DNA of 64,000 nucleotides, from the IMG/VR virus record IMGVR_UViG_3300028373_000196; one strand, written 5' to 3'. The DNA comes from an uncultured virus (IMG/VR IMGVR_UViG_3300028373_000196). Lineage: Duplodnaviria; Heunggongvirae; Uroviricota; Caudoviricetes. Below the pieces are notes generated by a model, which was given only the letters and a program-made list of their open reading frames with translations, searched no databases and had not been told where the DNA came from. Position 1 is the stretch's first letter; each line of letters begins with the position of its first letter. Position numbers and translations under genes: made by a program. Of this stretch, positions 19,095-28,266 are shown one piece after another.

Positions 19095-19122
19095 AAGTGG
19101 GCAGGATTAATCCTGCCCACTT
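19095..19122 (+). terminator. Perfect 28-bp palindrome, probable intrinsic terminator
   Basis: AAGTGGGCAGGATTAATCCTGCCCACTT followed by TCTCTT. Confidence 0.65.
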
Positions 19123-19136
19123 TCTCTTACTAAAGG

Positions 19137-19166
19137 TTGACTCACACGAGAAAAAAATGCTACAAT
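19137..19166 (+). promoter_or_regulatory. sigma70-type promoter
   Basis: TTGACT-18 nt-TACAAT with TG extension. Confidence 0.6.
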
Positions 19167-19195
19167 GTTATATAGACAACACACATGAGGTTAAA

Positions 19196-20482
19196 ATGTC
19201 CGTTAAAGAAACAGCATCCAACGCTAAAAAGAACTGGGCGCCAAATCCAGATCTTACACCAGAAGAGCTCAGGACAATGGGCGAAGAAGTTTTAGACCGT
19301 ATTATTATTGCACGTCTCGGTCTTCTTCTGCGTCATCCGTTTTTTGGTAACATGGCAACGCGCCTGCGGGTAGAAGCAGCCGACGACTGGTGTCCAACTG
19401 CGGCAACTGATGGGCGTCATTTGTACTACAATACACAATTCTTCCATGCAATGAGCAACAAAGAGATTGAGTTTGTTATTGCACACGAAGTCCTGCATTG
19501 TGTGTTTGATCACCTCGGGCGGCGTGAAGAGCGGCATCCAAAGCTGTATAACATCGCAGCAGACTATATTGTCAACAACTTACTAGTACGTGATCGAATT
19601 GGTCACAAGCCGAAGTTGATTGACTGTTTCCAAGACTTTAAATACGATAAGATGACTTCAGAAGAAGTCTATGATCTGTTGTACAAGGATGCAGAAAAAA
19701 ATGGCCAGAGTGCAATCGATGCGCTAGGAGAGATGCTGGACGAACACCTTAACTGGGGTGACGAGGACGGCGATGAAGGCAAAGACGGAAAAGGCAAAGG
19801 CAAAGGTCGTCCGCGTTACAACGACGACGAAATGCGTGCTATCAAAGACGAGATCAAAGAAGCTATGCTTCAAGCGCATCAGGCTTCGGGCGCTGGTAAC
19901 ACACCGGGTGAAATCACTCGTATGATCAAGGAACTAACTGAGCCCAAGATGAACTGGCGCGAGCTGCTTCGTCAACAGATTCAGAGCAGTATCCGCAGCG
20001 ACTATTCATTTAGTCGCCCAAGTCGTAAAGGTTGGTCAACTGGTGCAATTCTTCCAGGTATGATGTTTGCAGAAACAATCGACCTCTGTGTGTGTCTTGA
20101 TATGTCAGGATCAATCGGCGACGAACAGGCACGCGACTTCTTAAGTGAAATCAAAGGCATTATGGAAGAATACCAGGATTATAAGATCAAGCTGTGGTGT
20201 TTTGATACAAAGGTCTACAACGAACAGGACTTTAGTGCAGATTGCGGCGAAGACTTAATGGATTATAAAATCATAGGCGGCGGCGGCACAGACTTTATGG
20301 TCAACTGGACTTACATGAAGGAACACAGTATTGAACCTAAGAAGTTCATTATGTTTACAGACGGATATGCTTGGAATAGCTGGGGTGATGAAAATTACTG
20401 CGATACAATCTTTATCATCCATAGCCACCATGACAAGACAGTCGAAGGACCGTTTGGTGTAACTGCACACTACGAGGCCTGA
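19196..20482 (+). CDS. Metallopeptidase-like plus VWA domain protein (DUF2201-type)
   Basis: TAATDG, HEVLH (HExxH), MIDAS DMSGS, GGGGTDF, FTDG. Start at 19196 after GAGG. Confidence 0.88.
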   Translation: MSVKETASNAKKNWAPNPDLTPEELRTMGEEVLDRIIIARLGLLLRHPFFGNMATRLRVEAADDWCPTAATDGRHLYYNTQFFHAMSNKEIEFVIAHEVLHCVFDHLGRREERHPKLYNIAADYIVNNLLVRDRIGHKPKLIDCFQDFKYDKMTSEEVYDLLYKDAEKNGQSAIDALGEMLDEHLNWGDEDGDEGKDGKGKGKGRPRYNDDEMRAIKDEIKEAMLQAHQASGAGNTPGEITRMIKELTEPKMNWRELLRQQIQSSIRSDYSFSRPSRKGWSTGAILPGMMFAETIDLCVCLDMSGSIGDEQARDFLSEIKGIMEEYQDYKIKLWCFDTKVYNEQDFSADCGEDLMDYKIIGGGGTDFMVNWTYMKEHSIEPKKFIMFTDGYAWNSWGDENYCDTIFIIHSHHDKTVEGPFGVTAHYEA

Positions 20483-20483
20483 T

Positions 20484-20762
20484 GTGAAACAGAAAAATGT
20501 TAACCCACTTAACGTTCATAAAGTAAGGAGGGCAGCATTTTGCCCTCCTTACTTTGAATCGGCACTGTTACCATCATTATCTAGAGTTGGAATGCCAAGA
20601 GAAATTGATGATTGGGTATATAAAAACATGACAGGGCGCTACTTTATTGGAAGAACAGTTAACACAACCGACACTGGGTCAATATCAGTAGTTCCGTATA
20701 TTGCATTTGAAAACCCAAGCGAATTATCTATCTTTATGTTGTCTTGTCCATATCTGAAATAA
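20484..20762 (+). CDS. Hypothetical protein
   Basis: Operonic ORF ending FENPSELSIFML. Confidence 0.65.
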   Translation: MKQKNVNPLNVHKVRRAAFCPPYFESALLPSLSRVGMPREIDDWVYKNMTGRYFIGRTVNTTDTGSISVVPYIAFENPSELSIFMLSCPYLK

Positions 20763-20806
20763 TTAATAAGACACAGAGATATATATTAAGGACAAAGGAG
20801 ATATTA

Positions 20807-21073
20807 ATGTCTGAACAAGAAACTAACCCAAATGATCTTACAATTCAAGATCTTGCAACAATGAAGGGCATCATCGAAATTGCCAGTGAACGCAGTACAT
20901 TTAAGCCTGCTGAAATGGCAGCCGTGGGGGTTGTTTATAACAAGCTTGATGCATTTCTAAAAGCTGTCGAAGCGCAACAAAAAGCAACAAAAGATATAGA
21001 AAGTGCAGAAGACACAGCAATTGTTGATGCGGTTGCAGGGGCAAATACACACGAAAAAGAAGGATCAGCATAA
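20807..21073 (+). CDS. Hypothetical protein
   Basis: AAGGAG RBS before ATG 20807. Confidence 0.75.
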   Translation: MSEQETNPNDLTIQDLATMKGIIEIASERSTFKPAEMAAVGVVYNKLDAFLKAVEAQQKATKDIESAEDTAIVDAVAGANTHEKEGSA

Positions 21074-21807
21074 TGGCTAGTCTAAAACATATCGGAAGAT
21101 TAAAGAAGAACAAGCGGCGCGCGATTGTTGCATATAGAACTGTGCCAGATGCGCCGACATATGCGCTAGTGGTGTTAACAGAGTCGTTGCCAGCAGACGA
21201 ACATGATGCGCTGATTAAACTAGTTGAATCAGCTTCGGGACAGCTAGCGCACGAATTGGCAGATGCAATGTATCGAACAGTTATGCCCGATGGCAGAAAT
21301 ATGCTGGCTGCATTACATGCAACTGGACAACTACGAAAGGTTGCAACCAACGAAATTGAAATGACTCCGGACACATACAGCTCAATTGGGCTCGATGAGC
21401 TCAACGAGATCATTGCAAAACAAAAAGGTGTTGCAATCGAAGACTTGGCAATTAAGCCAGTTATCAGTGAAGAAGTTAGACGCGTCGCTGAGAAAAAAAG
21501 ATTACTAGCCGAAGAAGAGTTGGCTGCAACGGCGGTTACTAGTGATGATCCAATTGTCCACGCAATGAATCTTGCAGTTGCTAATAAGATGCCCACAGAT
21601 GAAGCTGCAATGGAACCCACCGAAGTTGCACCGCTAACCAATGCTGAATTAGCTGTACAACTGCGAAGTCACGCAGATGCAATGTTCAAAGAAGCACAAT
21701 CACTTAGAAAGCAAGCTGATACAATTGCACCGGCAGACAAACCAGCCGCAGTTAAACGGCGCGCGCCAGTAAAAAAGCCAGCCGCAAAGAATATATCGCG
21801 TGCCTAA
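21073..21807 (+). CDS. Hypothetical protein (LKHIGR... N-terminus, Ala/Lys-rich tail)
   Basis: TAATG-coupled ORF. Confidence 0.75.
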   Translation: MASLKHIGRLKKNKRRAIVAYRTVPDAPTYALVVLTESLPADEHDALIKLVESASGQLAHELADAMYRTVMPDGRNMLAALHATGQLRKVATNEIEMTPDTYSSIGLDELNEIIAKQKGVAIEDLAIKPVISEEVRRVAEKKRLLAEEELAATAVTSDDPIVHAMNLAVANKMPTDEAAMEPTEVAPLTNAELAVQLRSHADAMFKEAQSLRKQADTIAPADKPAAVKRRAPVKKPAAKNISRA

Positions 21808-22117
21808 AAAATCTAAAAAGGTAACAGTTAAAGGAGATGATTATTGGGATCCAATTTTTGACTCTATTGACATGGAATATCTTCCTCTGGAATACTTGGA
21901 TAAAATTGTTCTTACGTTCGAAGACGGTACAAAGTGGGATATTGATCTTAAAGATAGTCGCCAGAATCAACCTATTGAACAAATTGAGGATAGCCTCGAC
22001 AAACTATTTGAGGAATACAATCCTTATATTGAAGCAATTGACTTTCGACTAGACATGGAACGTGTTAAAAAATATCTAACAAGCAGAGTTTTTAGATTTC
22101 TTAAATTAAATAAATAA
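21800..22117 (+). CDS. Hypothetical protein
   Basis: Overlaps the upstream stop; GTG start. Confidence 0.7.
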   Translation: MPKKSKKVTVKGDDYWDPIFDSIDMEYLPLEYLDKIVLTFEDGTKWDIDLKDSRQNQPIEQIEDSLDKLFEEYNPYIEAIDFRLDMERVKKYLTSRVFRFLKLNK

Positions 22118-22122
22118 TATTC

Positions 22123-22165
22123 CTCCTAGGTGATAAATATATGTAACTATAATATCACCTAGGAG
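22123..22165 (+). promoter_or_regulatory. RBS-sequestering hairpin overlapping a late-promoter motif
   Basis: CTCCTAGGTGATA (22123-22135) and TATCACCTAGGAG (22153-22165) are perfect inverted repeats. ATAAATA is at 22133-22139, and the right arm contains the AGGAG RBS. Confidence 0.75.
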
Positions 22166-22174
22166 AAATACAAT

Positions 22175-23128
22175 ATGTCACTGAGATTAAGACGCGGAAC
22201 TGACGCCGAAAGAGAAGCGATTGTCTTTGATGCCGGCGAACTTGTCTACACAACAGACTTCAAGGAGCTGTGGGCAGGCGATGGTAGCACACCCGGCGGC
22301 ATACTTGTTTCCAGTGCGCAAATTCCAGATAAGTTAATCCAAAATTTAAATCTTAATAGTAATAATATTGCCGGAACAGGCAATATTATTATAAGTGGTA
22401 TTGTTCAAGCAGATCAGTTTATTGGAGCATTAGTAGGCGACGTAGTAGGATCAGTTTTTTCTGATGATTCAACGATCATCGTTAACGGTCAAACTGGTGT
22501 TGTTACTGCTTCACTGATAGGCGACGTAGTAGGATCAGTTTTTTCTGATGATTCAACGATCATTGTTAACGGAAACAACGGCTCTATTACAACAAATCAA
22601 ATATTTGGCGATGCTGCACTCACATGCAGTAACGGAATCGGAGTTACAATAGTAGACACTGACGATTTCTCAGCATTACGGTTTATAAGAAATCAGTTAG
22701 ATGATGATATTGCTGATCCAAATGTACCAACTGCTTACGGAGTAGTGCGTTGGGAAAGAAATGATCAAGGTGGTCTAGGGACCACCGTTTACATGCAGGG
22801 CGGCAGCGACGGCTACAAGATATTTAACTTAACTGGTGGTGTGTTTGATACTACAAAACAACTTCACTTCGATATGGGCGGAAGTCTTGGTGTTGGGAAA
22901 AGTCCAACTACAAAATTAGATGTCAACGGTGCAGGCGCGTTTAGCGAAGGCGTCGCTGCTGATTCAATTACGAGTTCGTCTTATGTCCAGTTTGGAAGTA
23001 TTACAACCACAGCTCGCAATGCATTAACAGCAGTCAACGGCATGGTTGTGTACAATACAACTGATGACAGATTTCAGGGATATCAGGCAGGTGCATGGAT
23101 TAATCTCGACGACGGAACTGCTGCATAA
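22175..23128 (+). CDS. Fibre-like virion protein with Mtd/hyaluronidase-type N-terminal module
   Basis: LRLRRGT...GELVYTTD..LWAGDG.TPGG N-terminus; GSVFSDDST repeats; C-terminal NGMVVYNTT...FQGY...W. Confidence 0.65.
   Translation: MSLRLRRGTDAEREAIVFDAGELVYTTDFKELWAGDGSTPGGILVSSAQIPDKLIQNLNLNSNNIAGTGNIIISGIVQADQFIGALVGDVVGSVFSDDSTIIVNGQTGVVTASLIGDVVGSVFSDDSTIIVNGNNGSITTNQIFGDAALTCSNGIGVTIVDTDDFSALRFIRNQLDDDIADPNVPTAYGVVRWERNDQGGLGTTVYMQGGSDGYKIFNLTGGVFDTTKQLHFDMGGSLGVGKSPTTKLDVNGAGAFSEGVAADSITSSSYVQFGSITTTARNALTAVNGMVVYNTTDDRFQGYQAGAWINLDDGTAA
22434..22572 (+). repeat. Near-identical ~55-nt direct repeat, period 84 nt
   Basis: Encodes GDVVGSVFSDDSTIIVNG twice. Confidence 0.85.
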
Positions 23129-23131
23129 TTC

Positions 23132-23782
23132 GTGATTGAAATTGATTTACCATATGGTGTTTTAGAAGCGTTTACTAACTTATCCGCTAATGGTGTTAAG
23201 ACGGTAATGAAAGACTTGTCTATAATCGAAGAGCAAGAAACTATTAAAAGTATTGCAGACAAGTTTATAGACACGTCGTGCTTCCATTATGGAAATTTAT
23301 TTAATCATACACAGCCGTTTGCAATACACAGCGATGTTAGTATTAAAAAAGAATCAATATTATTAATTCCTATCTATGCTAGTGTAGAACAGAAGTTTAT
23401 TGTTTTCGATCAAACTGTAGAGTCAGACTCTGAGATATCGTGGATATATAATATTTTTGACGATAAATCCAACGAAGAACTAAAAGAAATGTATTACGAT
23501 TCTTCAATTAAAAGCAGACCGTGCGATACTAATTCAGTTAAGGGATGTACTAGAAACCCTGTATCAAATGGCCTATATAAGTTCTTACCGTATACCAAAG
23601 AGTTGTATCACGGACTTACAGGAATTGCATGGAATTACACACCAGGAAAAGCATTGTTATTTCCTGCAAATAGAATACATGCCACCGGAAGAATGTCTTC
23701 TAGTAAAATAGGATGTACTATTCAGTTTACTGATTCAGTAGACAATCTTTTGATTTCAGCATCAACACGCACCCTATCTTGA
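23132..23782 (+). CDS. Fe(II)/2OG oxygenase-like, paralogue A
   Basis: HSD...H triad, W..GKALLF...RIH, terminal K. Confidence 0.6.
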   Translation: MIEIDLPYGVLEAFTNLSANGVKTVMKDLSIIEEQETIKSIADKFIDTSCFHYGNLFNHTQPFAIHSDVSIKKESILLIPIYASVEQKFIVFDQTVESDSEISWIYNIFDDKSNEELKEMYYDSSIKSRPCDTNSVKGCTRNPVSNGLYKFLPYTKELYHGLTGIAWNYTPGKALLFPANRIHATGRMSSSKIGCTIQFTDSVDNLLISASTRTLS

Positions 23783-24401
23783 ATTTTGTTTGAATTCCAG
23801 TTCCGTGTAATTGACTGCTTTTGAAGATCAATCCCTTCCCGGGAGTTTGCACCCATGAACTTCCAGTTAGTCCGTGATAAAAATTATGTACAAACGGCAA
23901 ATCGTCCTTTATACTTTCGTTGACAGGCTGGTCAGTTAGATAATTAACTCCAACAGTATCACATGGTCGACGGTCAGTATAACAAATACTTTTGATATGA
24001 TCGTTATCTTTTTTACTGCTAACTAAATCACTTTCAAGAAGAGAAGTGTGACGTTTTTGTTCGACACCGTTAACTTGCCACTCACATCCTGATTGGTCAA
24101 ACTCTTGATCAAACACAATAAATTTCTGTTGGGTGTCTAATACGTATATAGGAACATTTAGATTATATATAGCTTCTGAATTATATCTGTCTACGTGTAG
24201 AGGAATCGTTTCATCATGTGCATAGATGTAGGCGGTGCTAACAGTGTTTAGATTTAATAGTTTTTTAAATGCGGTTTCTAGAAGATCTGAATTTACTTTT
24301 GTGTAAAATGGAAACTCTCCTAATGTTCTATTGCCCAAATTATTTATAACATGGGCGTATAAGACATCAACAGTTTCAAGTGGTATATCTAATTCAATCA
24401 T
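23727..24401 (-). CDS. Fe(II)/2OG oxygenase-like, paralogue B
   Basis: HVD...H triad. Shares QKFIVFDQ, RPCDT, YHGLTG, TPGK and KIGC with paralogue A. Confidence 0.6.
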   Translation of the reverse strand: MIELDIPLETVDVLYAHVINNLGNRTLGEFPFYTKVNSDLLETAFKKLLNLNTVSTAYIYAHDETIPLHVDRYNSEAIYNLNVPIYVLDTQQKFIVFDQEFDQSGCEWQVNGVEQKRHTSLLESDLVSSKKDNDHIKSICYTDRRPCDTVGVNYLTDQPVNESIKDDLPFVHNFYHGLTGSSWVQTPGKGLIFKSSQLHGTGIQTKFKIGCVLMLKSKDCLLNQ

Positions 24402-25036
24402 AGGTTCTCTAAATCGCAGGTGCCGTCTAAGCTAAACATTAGTGCAATACGAGGACTACTACTCATGTTGATCACAGCATGTGGATATCCAATGTTTAAG
24501 AAGTATGCATTGCCGTTTTCAAGATTATATGCTTCAAGCTTGTCGTCACGACGAAAGAGATTTACTGCTTGTTTATCACCATAGATAGGTACTATACATC
24601 TCACAGCATAACTTACATCGTAGTCGACGTGAAATGGTATAGTTTTGCCTGGAGCAAGTTTGGTGATACGTACACGACTAGCAGGCGCCTTACACTGCTG
24701 TATAACGCTCTGTATATAGCTGTTAGTATACTCGGCAGTTGGGATGTTGTAAAGATGCTCTTCTCTGCGTCTTAGTCGCTCTTTGATGCTTGAAGCATGT
24801 GGCAAAACCTCACTTGGCATAGTAAGGTTAATTTGTTCAAAGTTGTCATAAACATCCTTAACCAAGTCTTCGTGATTCATGCACAGTCCAGGGTTGGCTG
24901 TTCGCACGTCTACAAACTTGTCAGCCAGGAAATCACATTCTTTTCTTAATTCAGTTAGGTCAATATTTAAACCAAGGTTTGCTAAACTGGGTAATTGATG
25001 TTTATTCATAATTTTGTTTCCATTTGTTAAAGACAA
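24398..25036 (-). CDS. Asp/Asn beta-hydroxylase-like Fe/2OG oxygenase
   Basis: RVRITKLAPG.TIPFHVD...PHAVIN...PRIAL. The true start may be 25009 (MNKHQ). Confidence 0.75.
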   Translation of the reverse strand: MSLTNGNKIMNKHQLPSLANLGLNIDLTELRKECDFLADKFVDVRTANPGLCMNHEDLVKDVYDNFEQINLTMPSEVLPHASSIKERLRRREEHLYNIPTAEYTNSYIQSVIQQCKAPASRVRITKLAPGKTIPFHVDYDVSYAVRCIVPIYGDKQAVNLFRRDDKLEAYNLENGNAYFLNIGYPHAVINMSSSPRIALMFSLDGTCDLENL

Positions 25037-25616
25037 TCTTGATATCTTCTATATCGTCAAAGTATTTTTCGTAATCTATAAAATCGGATAGTTTGTAGTA
25101 TTTTTTACTTACAGTATCTAAATCTTCATAATAATGTACACTACCAACAGCGCTATCTAGTTGTTCTTTGATTGTAAAAAATTGTTCTAAGCTCTTATTA
25201 TAATCATGATTTGTGCGTGTAATGATATTTAGTTGATTGGGCATGCCATCGGCTTTCATAACGGCTGCTGTTGTCCAGTTTGTACTATCTTGAAATAAAA
25301 AACTTAAAAACCATTTCCACGTATCTCTTCTTTTTAAAATAACGATCTTGTCGTCTTTGTAGAAGTTCTTAAACCACGTGTTGTAATAGTCACCAAGATA
25401 GTTTATATGATGTTTGAATGTATAATCAACTCCGTCTAACTTTTTATCTTCGAGAAATTTTATCTTTTGTTCTAACGTCATCAAAGTCTTTGTTGGATCT
25501 AAGAATTCTTCAATACCGATGTATTTAACGGTTGGTAATGTTAAATTATATGTGTGAATTGATTCGTAAGCATATGACGATCCGGCTCTAGGTGCGCTCA
25601 ATAATACTTGCATCAA
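25002..25616 (-). CDS. Sulfotransferase-like P-loop protein
   Basis: SAPRAGSS (PAPS PSB-like), EEFL, LKRRD...FLS, YYEDL. Confidence 0.55.
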   Translation of the reverse strand: MMQVLLSAPRAGSSYAYESIHTYNLTLPTVKYIGIEEFLDPTKTLMTLEQKIKFLEDKKLDGVDYTFKHHINYLGDYYNTWFKNFYKDDKIVILKRRDTWKWFLSFLFQDSTNWTTAAVMKADGMPNQLNIITRTNHDYNKSLEQFFTIKEQLDSAVGSVHYYEDLDTVSKKYYKLSDFIDYEKYFDDIEDIKIVFNKWKQNYE

Positions 25617-26196
25617 AATCTCTTGTTATAAAATCACTGCTGGGTTGCCAAACGTAAGACGGATTATTCAGTCGTATACTATAAACATACTGCAATATAT
25701 TACCCGTTTTAAACAAAAAGTCTCTTTCTAATTGTAATGTTTGATACCACTCGGTTTTAGTATACTCGGTAAATGTGTTAACTGTCATTCTTCTTTTACG
25801 CTGGTATAATGCATTTATAGCACGTTTGGTAACATCGTGTGTAATATATAATATCTCAAACTGTTTTTTTCTTGCCCACGCAATTTGATAATCGGCCATA
25901 CGCAATCCACAATGTGTAAACCTGTAATCTTTTAAAATATGATATCGACACACTCGTGCAGATATTTTTGGGTCATTGGTATAATGACTGTGTTCTACTA
26001 CACTAATACTGATTAACTTGTCATTAACAAAGCACATCCATGTTTCCGTGGCAGGGTCGTCAGGATTATAGTTTGAGGTGGTAATACTGTTGTTCCCTTC
26101 GAGCCGAGATTGTCGTATAAAAGGATAGATTAAATCCCTGTGTTTGTCGACATCCTCACTGTAAGTCTTAATTAAAATGGGATGTTGTAATTGCAT
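25588..26196 (-). CDS. GNAT acetyltransferase-like protein
   Basis: LISISVV...RYHILKDYR...G.RMADYQI.WAR, a motif A-like segment. Confidence 0.45.
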   Translation of the reverse strand: MQLQHPILIKTYSEDVDKHRDLIYPFIRQSRLEGNNSITTSNYNPDDPATETWMCFVNDKLISISVVEHSHYTNDPKISARVCRYHILKDYRFTHCGLRMADYQIAWARKKQFEILYITHDVTKRAINALYQRKRRMTVNTFTEYTKTEWYQTLQLERDFLFKTGNILQYVYSIRLNNPSYVWQPSSDFITRDFDASIIERT

Positions 26197-26956
26197 ATTC
26201 TTTATACCTTTGATAACTCTTTTCTAGTAGTTCATGCCATAGTGGTAAATCATATACGCCATGAATTACAAGCTGCGCACGATCAGTGAAACTAAATCCT
26301 TTGTCGACACCGTGCTCAAATGTTGCGCCGTCGTACGCAAATGCATTTGTTTCTGGCGGCAACATTGGAAATATTCTAGTAGCACCGCTGTCTTTACTCA
26401 TGTAAAAATGTTCTTTCTTCCAATCAGTTACATTACTCCATCTAAAATGCAAATGACTAGGGGCTTGTGCTTGCAATAATCCTTCTAAGAGTTTTTCTTC
26501 GTCGTAGTGCGGAGGAATTGGAGTAGGTGTTTGTACAAAAAAGATTTGATGAATACTCTTAAAAGGCAATGCTTCTACGTACTCAATAAGATCTGGAAAT
26601 TCATCTCTAGCCCAGTTAAACCATTCGGGATTACTTCCTGGTGTACCACAATTATTAGATTTTAAAAACATCAAGGTTCCTACGTTTTCAGTTTTGTAAA
26701 AATCTTTCTGTTTTTGTTGATCGTTGTAGATCTGTGCAATACGTGCAAGGTTGATGTCTAAATACGGTAAGTCTATTGGTGTCCAAACCATATCTCTATA
26801 TCCAACGTAATCGTTGTGTAAGCTGAGATCTTCCCAATTCGGCCTGTCTGGCCCAGGATTTCCTGGATCATTGTTTAAATATTGCCTATTAGGAATGTTA
26901 TGTTCGTCATATTCTAACTTATGGTATGTTTTTCTAAAGTTATTAGTATTCAACAT
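26168..26956 (-). CDS. Fe/2OG oxygenase-like protein
   Basis: IPPHYD...FEHGVD...R triad. Confidence 0.6.
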   Translation of the reverse strand: MLNTNNFRKTYHKLEYDEHNIPNRQYLNNDPGNPGPDRPNWEDLSLHNDYVGYRDMVWTPIDLPYLDINLARIAQIYNDQQKQKDFYKTENVGTLMFLKSNNCGTPGSNPEWFNWARDEFPDLIEYVEALPFKSIHQIFFVQTPTPIPPHYDEEKLLEGLLQAQAPSHLHFRWSNVTDWKKEHFYMSKDSGATRIFPMLPPETNAFAYDGATFEHGVDKGFSFTDRAQLVIHGVYDLPLWHELLEKSYQRYKEYAITTSHFN

Positions 26957-27494
26957 CTATTATTGTCCTTTTTCCTACTTGTATATTCAAATCTAAGTTT
27001 ATTATATTGCATTTATAATTTTTAGAAAAGTAATCCAGGTCTGTATACTGCAAATCTTCTGTGTTACTGTTGGTTACTTCGTGTACTATTGCATGCTTGG
27101 GTTTATAAAAGTCACATATACGGTTAAACATCTCGTGTGGCTTATTATCGTATATCAGTACACTGCTAAAAACAACTACATCAACATCAAACATAGGACG
27201 AATTAAGTATTTCCACGACCTAACACAAAATTGGTGCTCTGGATACACTGTCATTGCCTTTTCGATAGGTTCTCTGCTGGTATCAAATCCGTAGTAATTA
27301 TACTCGTAATTTGTTAAAAACTTGTTTAATGTGCCAACACGGCAACCAACATCTACTATACTTGTTAATTTGTTGCATTTAATAATATCTGCCATCGTCT
27401 TGTAAATTGGACTAGCATCAGGGCCGTCCAAATATGACATATCGGCAATACGGTATTGCTCATGAAGATTAGCAGTGCTGATAGTCACAAGCAA
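26943..27494 (-). CDS. Class I SAM-dependent methyltransferase
   Basis: IVDVGCRVG, YYGFDTS, DVVVFSSVLIY. The start may be MSYLD (about 27440). Confidence 0.75.
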   Translation of the reverse strand: MLVTISTANLHEQYRIADMSYLDGPDASPIYKTMADIIKCNKLTSIVDVGCRVGTLNKFLTNYEYNYYGFDTSREPIEKAMTVYPEHQFCVRSWKYLIRPMFDVDVVVFSSVLIYDNKPHEMFNRICDFYKPKHAIVHEVTNSNTEDLQYTDLDYFSKNYKCNIINLDLNIQVGKRTIIDVEY

Positions 27495-28266
27495 CCCTCC
27501 AGAGTAAGCGGTTTCTGTCTAGAACAGGAGTTCTTCGATGCAATGTAGTAAACTGATCCATCATAAGCAGATCACCTTTTTTAAATATATGGTGATACAT
27601 GTGCCTAGACTTAAATATGTTTGGTTGTAACTTATCAATCATTTGTCGATGATCGATTTTTGTTTTTCCTTCCCATGCACCTACAATAAAGTGATACGGA
27701 AAGTAAAAATAATATTTGCCAGTATGAGGATGTATACCCACTAAATCACGTATGCTACCTTTATTCTTTTCCATGAATTCTAGTTCAGGATCGCCTTCAT
27801 CTAAATTATACATGGTGTTATTTTGAAATTTTATTCGAATCTTAATACTTTTCCAATACTCCTGTTCGTCTTTGCTCATATCGTAGAACGGGTCGCTCGT
27901 ATTGCAGACACTCAATGTGGTATTAACATCTTCTTCTATACAATATAACGAAATTAATATCTTGTCAATTTGATGTCTGCTGTTACCGTTACTGTGCCAT
28001 CCTAGCTCGGTGTCACCAAACATACCGACCTTATTACCATCGGTGTCTTTTTTTCCAGTTACTAGAAATATTTCAGGATGGTTCTTTGAATTCATAAACA
28101 AGTTAGGAGTTTCGCACTCTCCAAACTGTTTCATTATGTCAACATATGTCTGCTCGGTCAGTTTCTGGTCATAAAATAATGCAAATCCAGTTGTTTGAAT
28201 AGTGTGTGCTAGTTTACTAGGGCATAACGTTGTTACGTCCTCGCTAGTTTTATATGGTGCTATCAA
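27469..28266 (-). CDS. TauD/TfdA family dioxygenase
   Basis: FG.TELGWHSN, GDLLMMDQFTTLHRR, R.LWR. Confidence 0.8.
   Translation of the reverse strand: MIAPYKTSEDVTTLCPSKLAHTIQTTGFALFYDQKLTEQTYVDIMKQFGECETPNLFMNSKNHPEIFLVTGKKDTDGNKVGMFGDTELGWHSNGNSRHQIDKILISLYCIEEDVNTTLSVCNTSDPFYDMSKDEQEYWKSIKIRIKFQNNTMYNLDEGDPELEFMEKNKGSIRDLVGIHPHTGKYYFYFPYHFIVGAWEGKTKIDHRQMIDKLQPNIFKSRHMYHHIFKKGDLLMMDQFTTLHRRTPVLDRNRLLWRVACDYQHC

Noticed and set aside
18980..19195. Extended N-terminus of the VWA protein
   Set aside because: It spans the ATPase end, the terminator and a promoter; the RBS supports ATG 19196.
20901..21641. 246-aa antisense ORF
   Set aside because: It lies opposite two well-formed, RBS-bearing + strand genes and has the composition of a shadow ORF. 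The same applies to the other short antisense ORFs in the track.
22175..23128. Diversity-generating retroelement implied by the Mtd-like N-terminus
   Set aside because: No reverse transcriptase and no adenine-specific TR/VR pair were seen; the duplicated segments differ at mixed synonymous sites.
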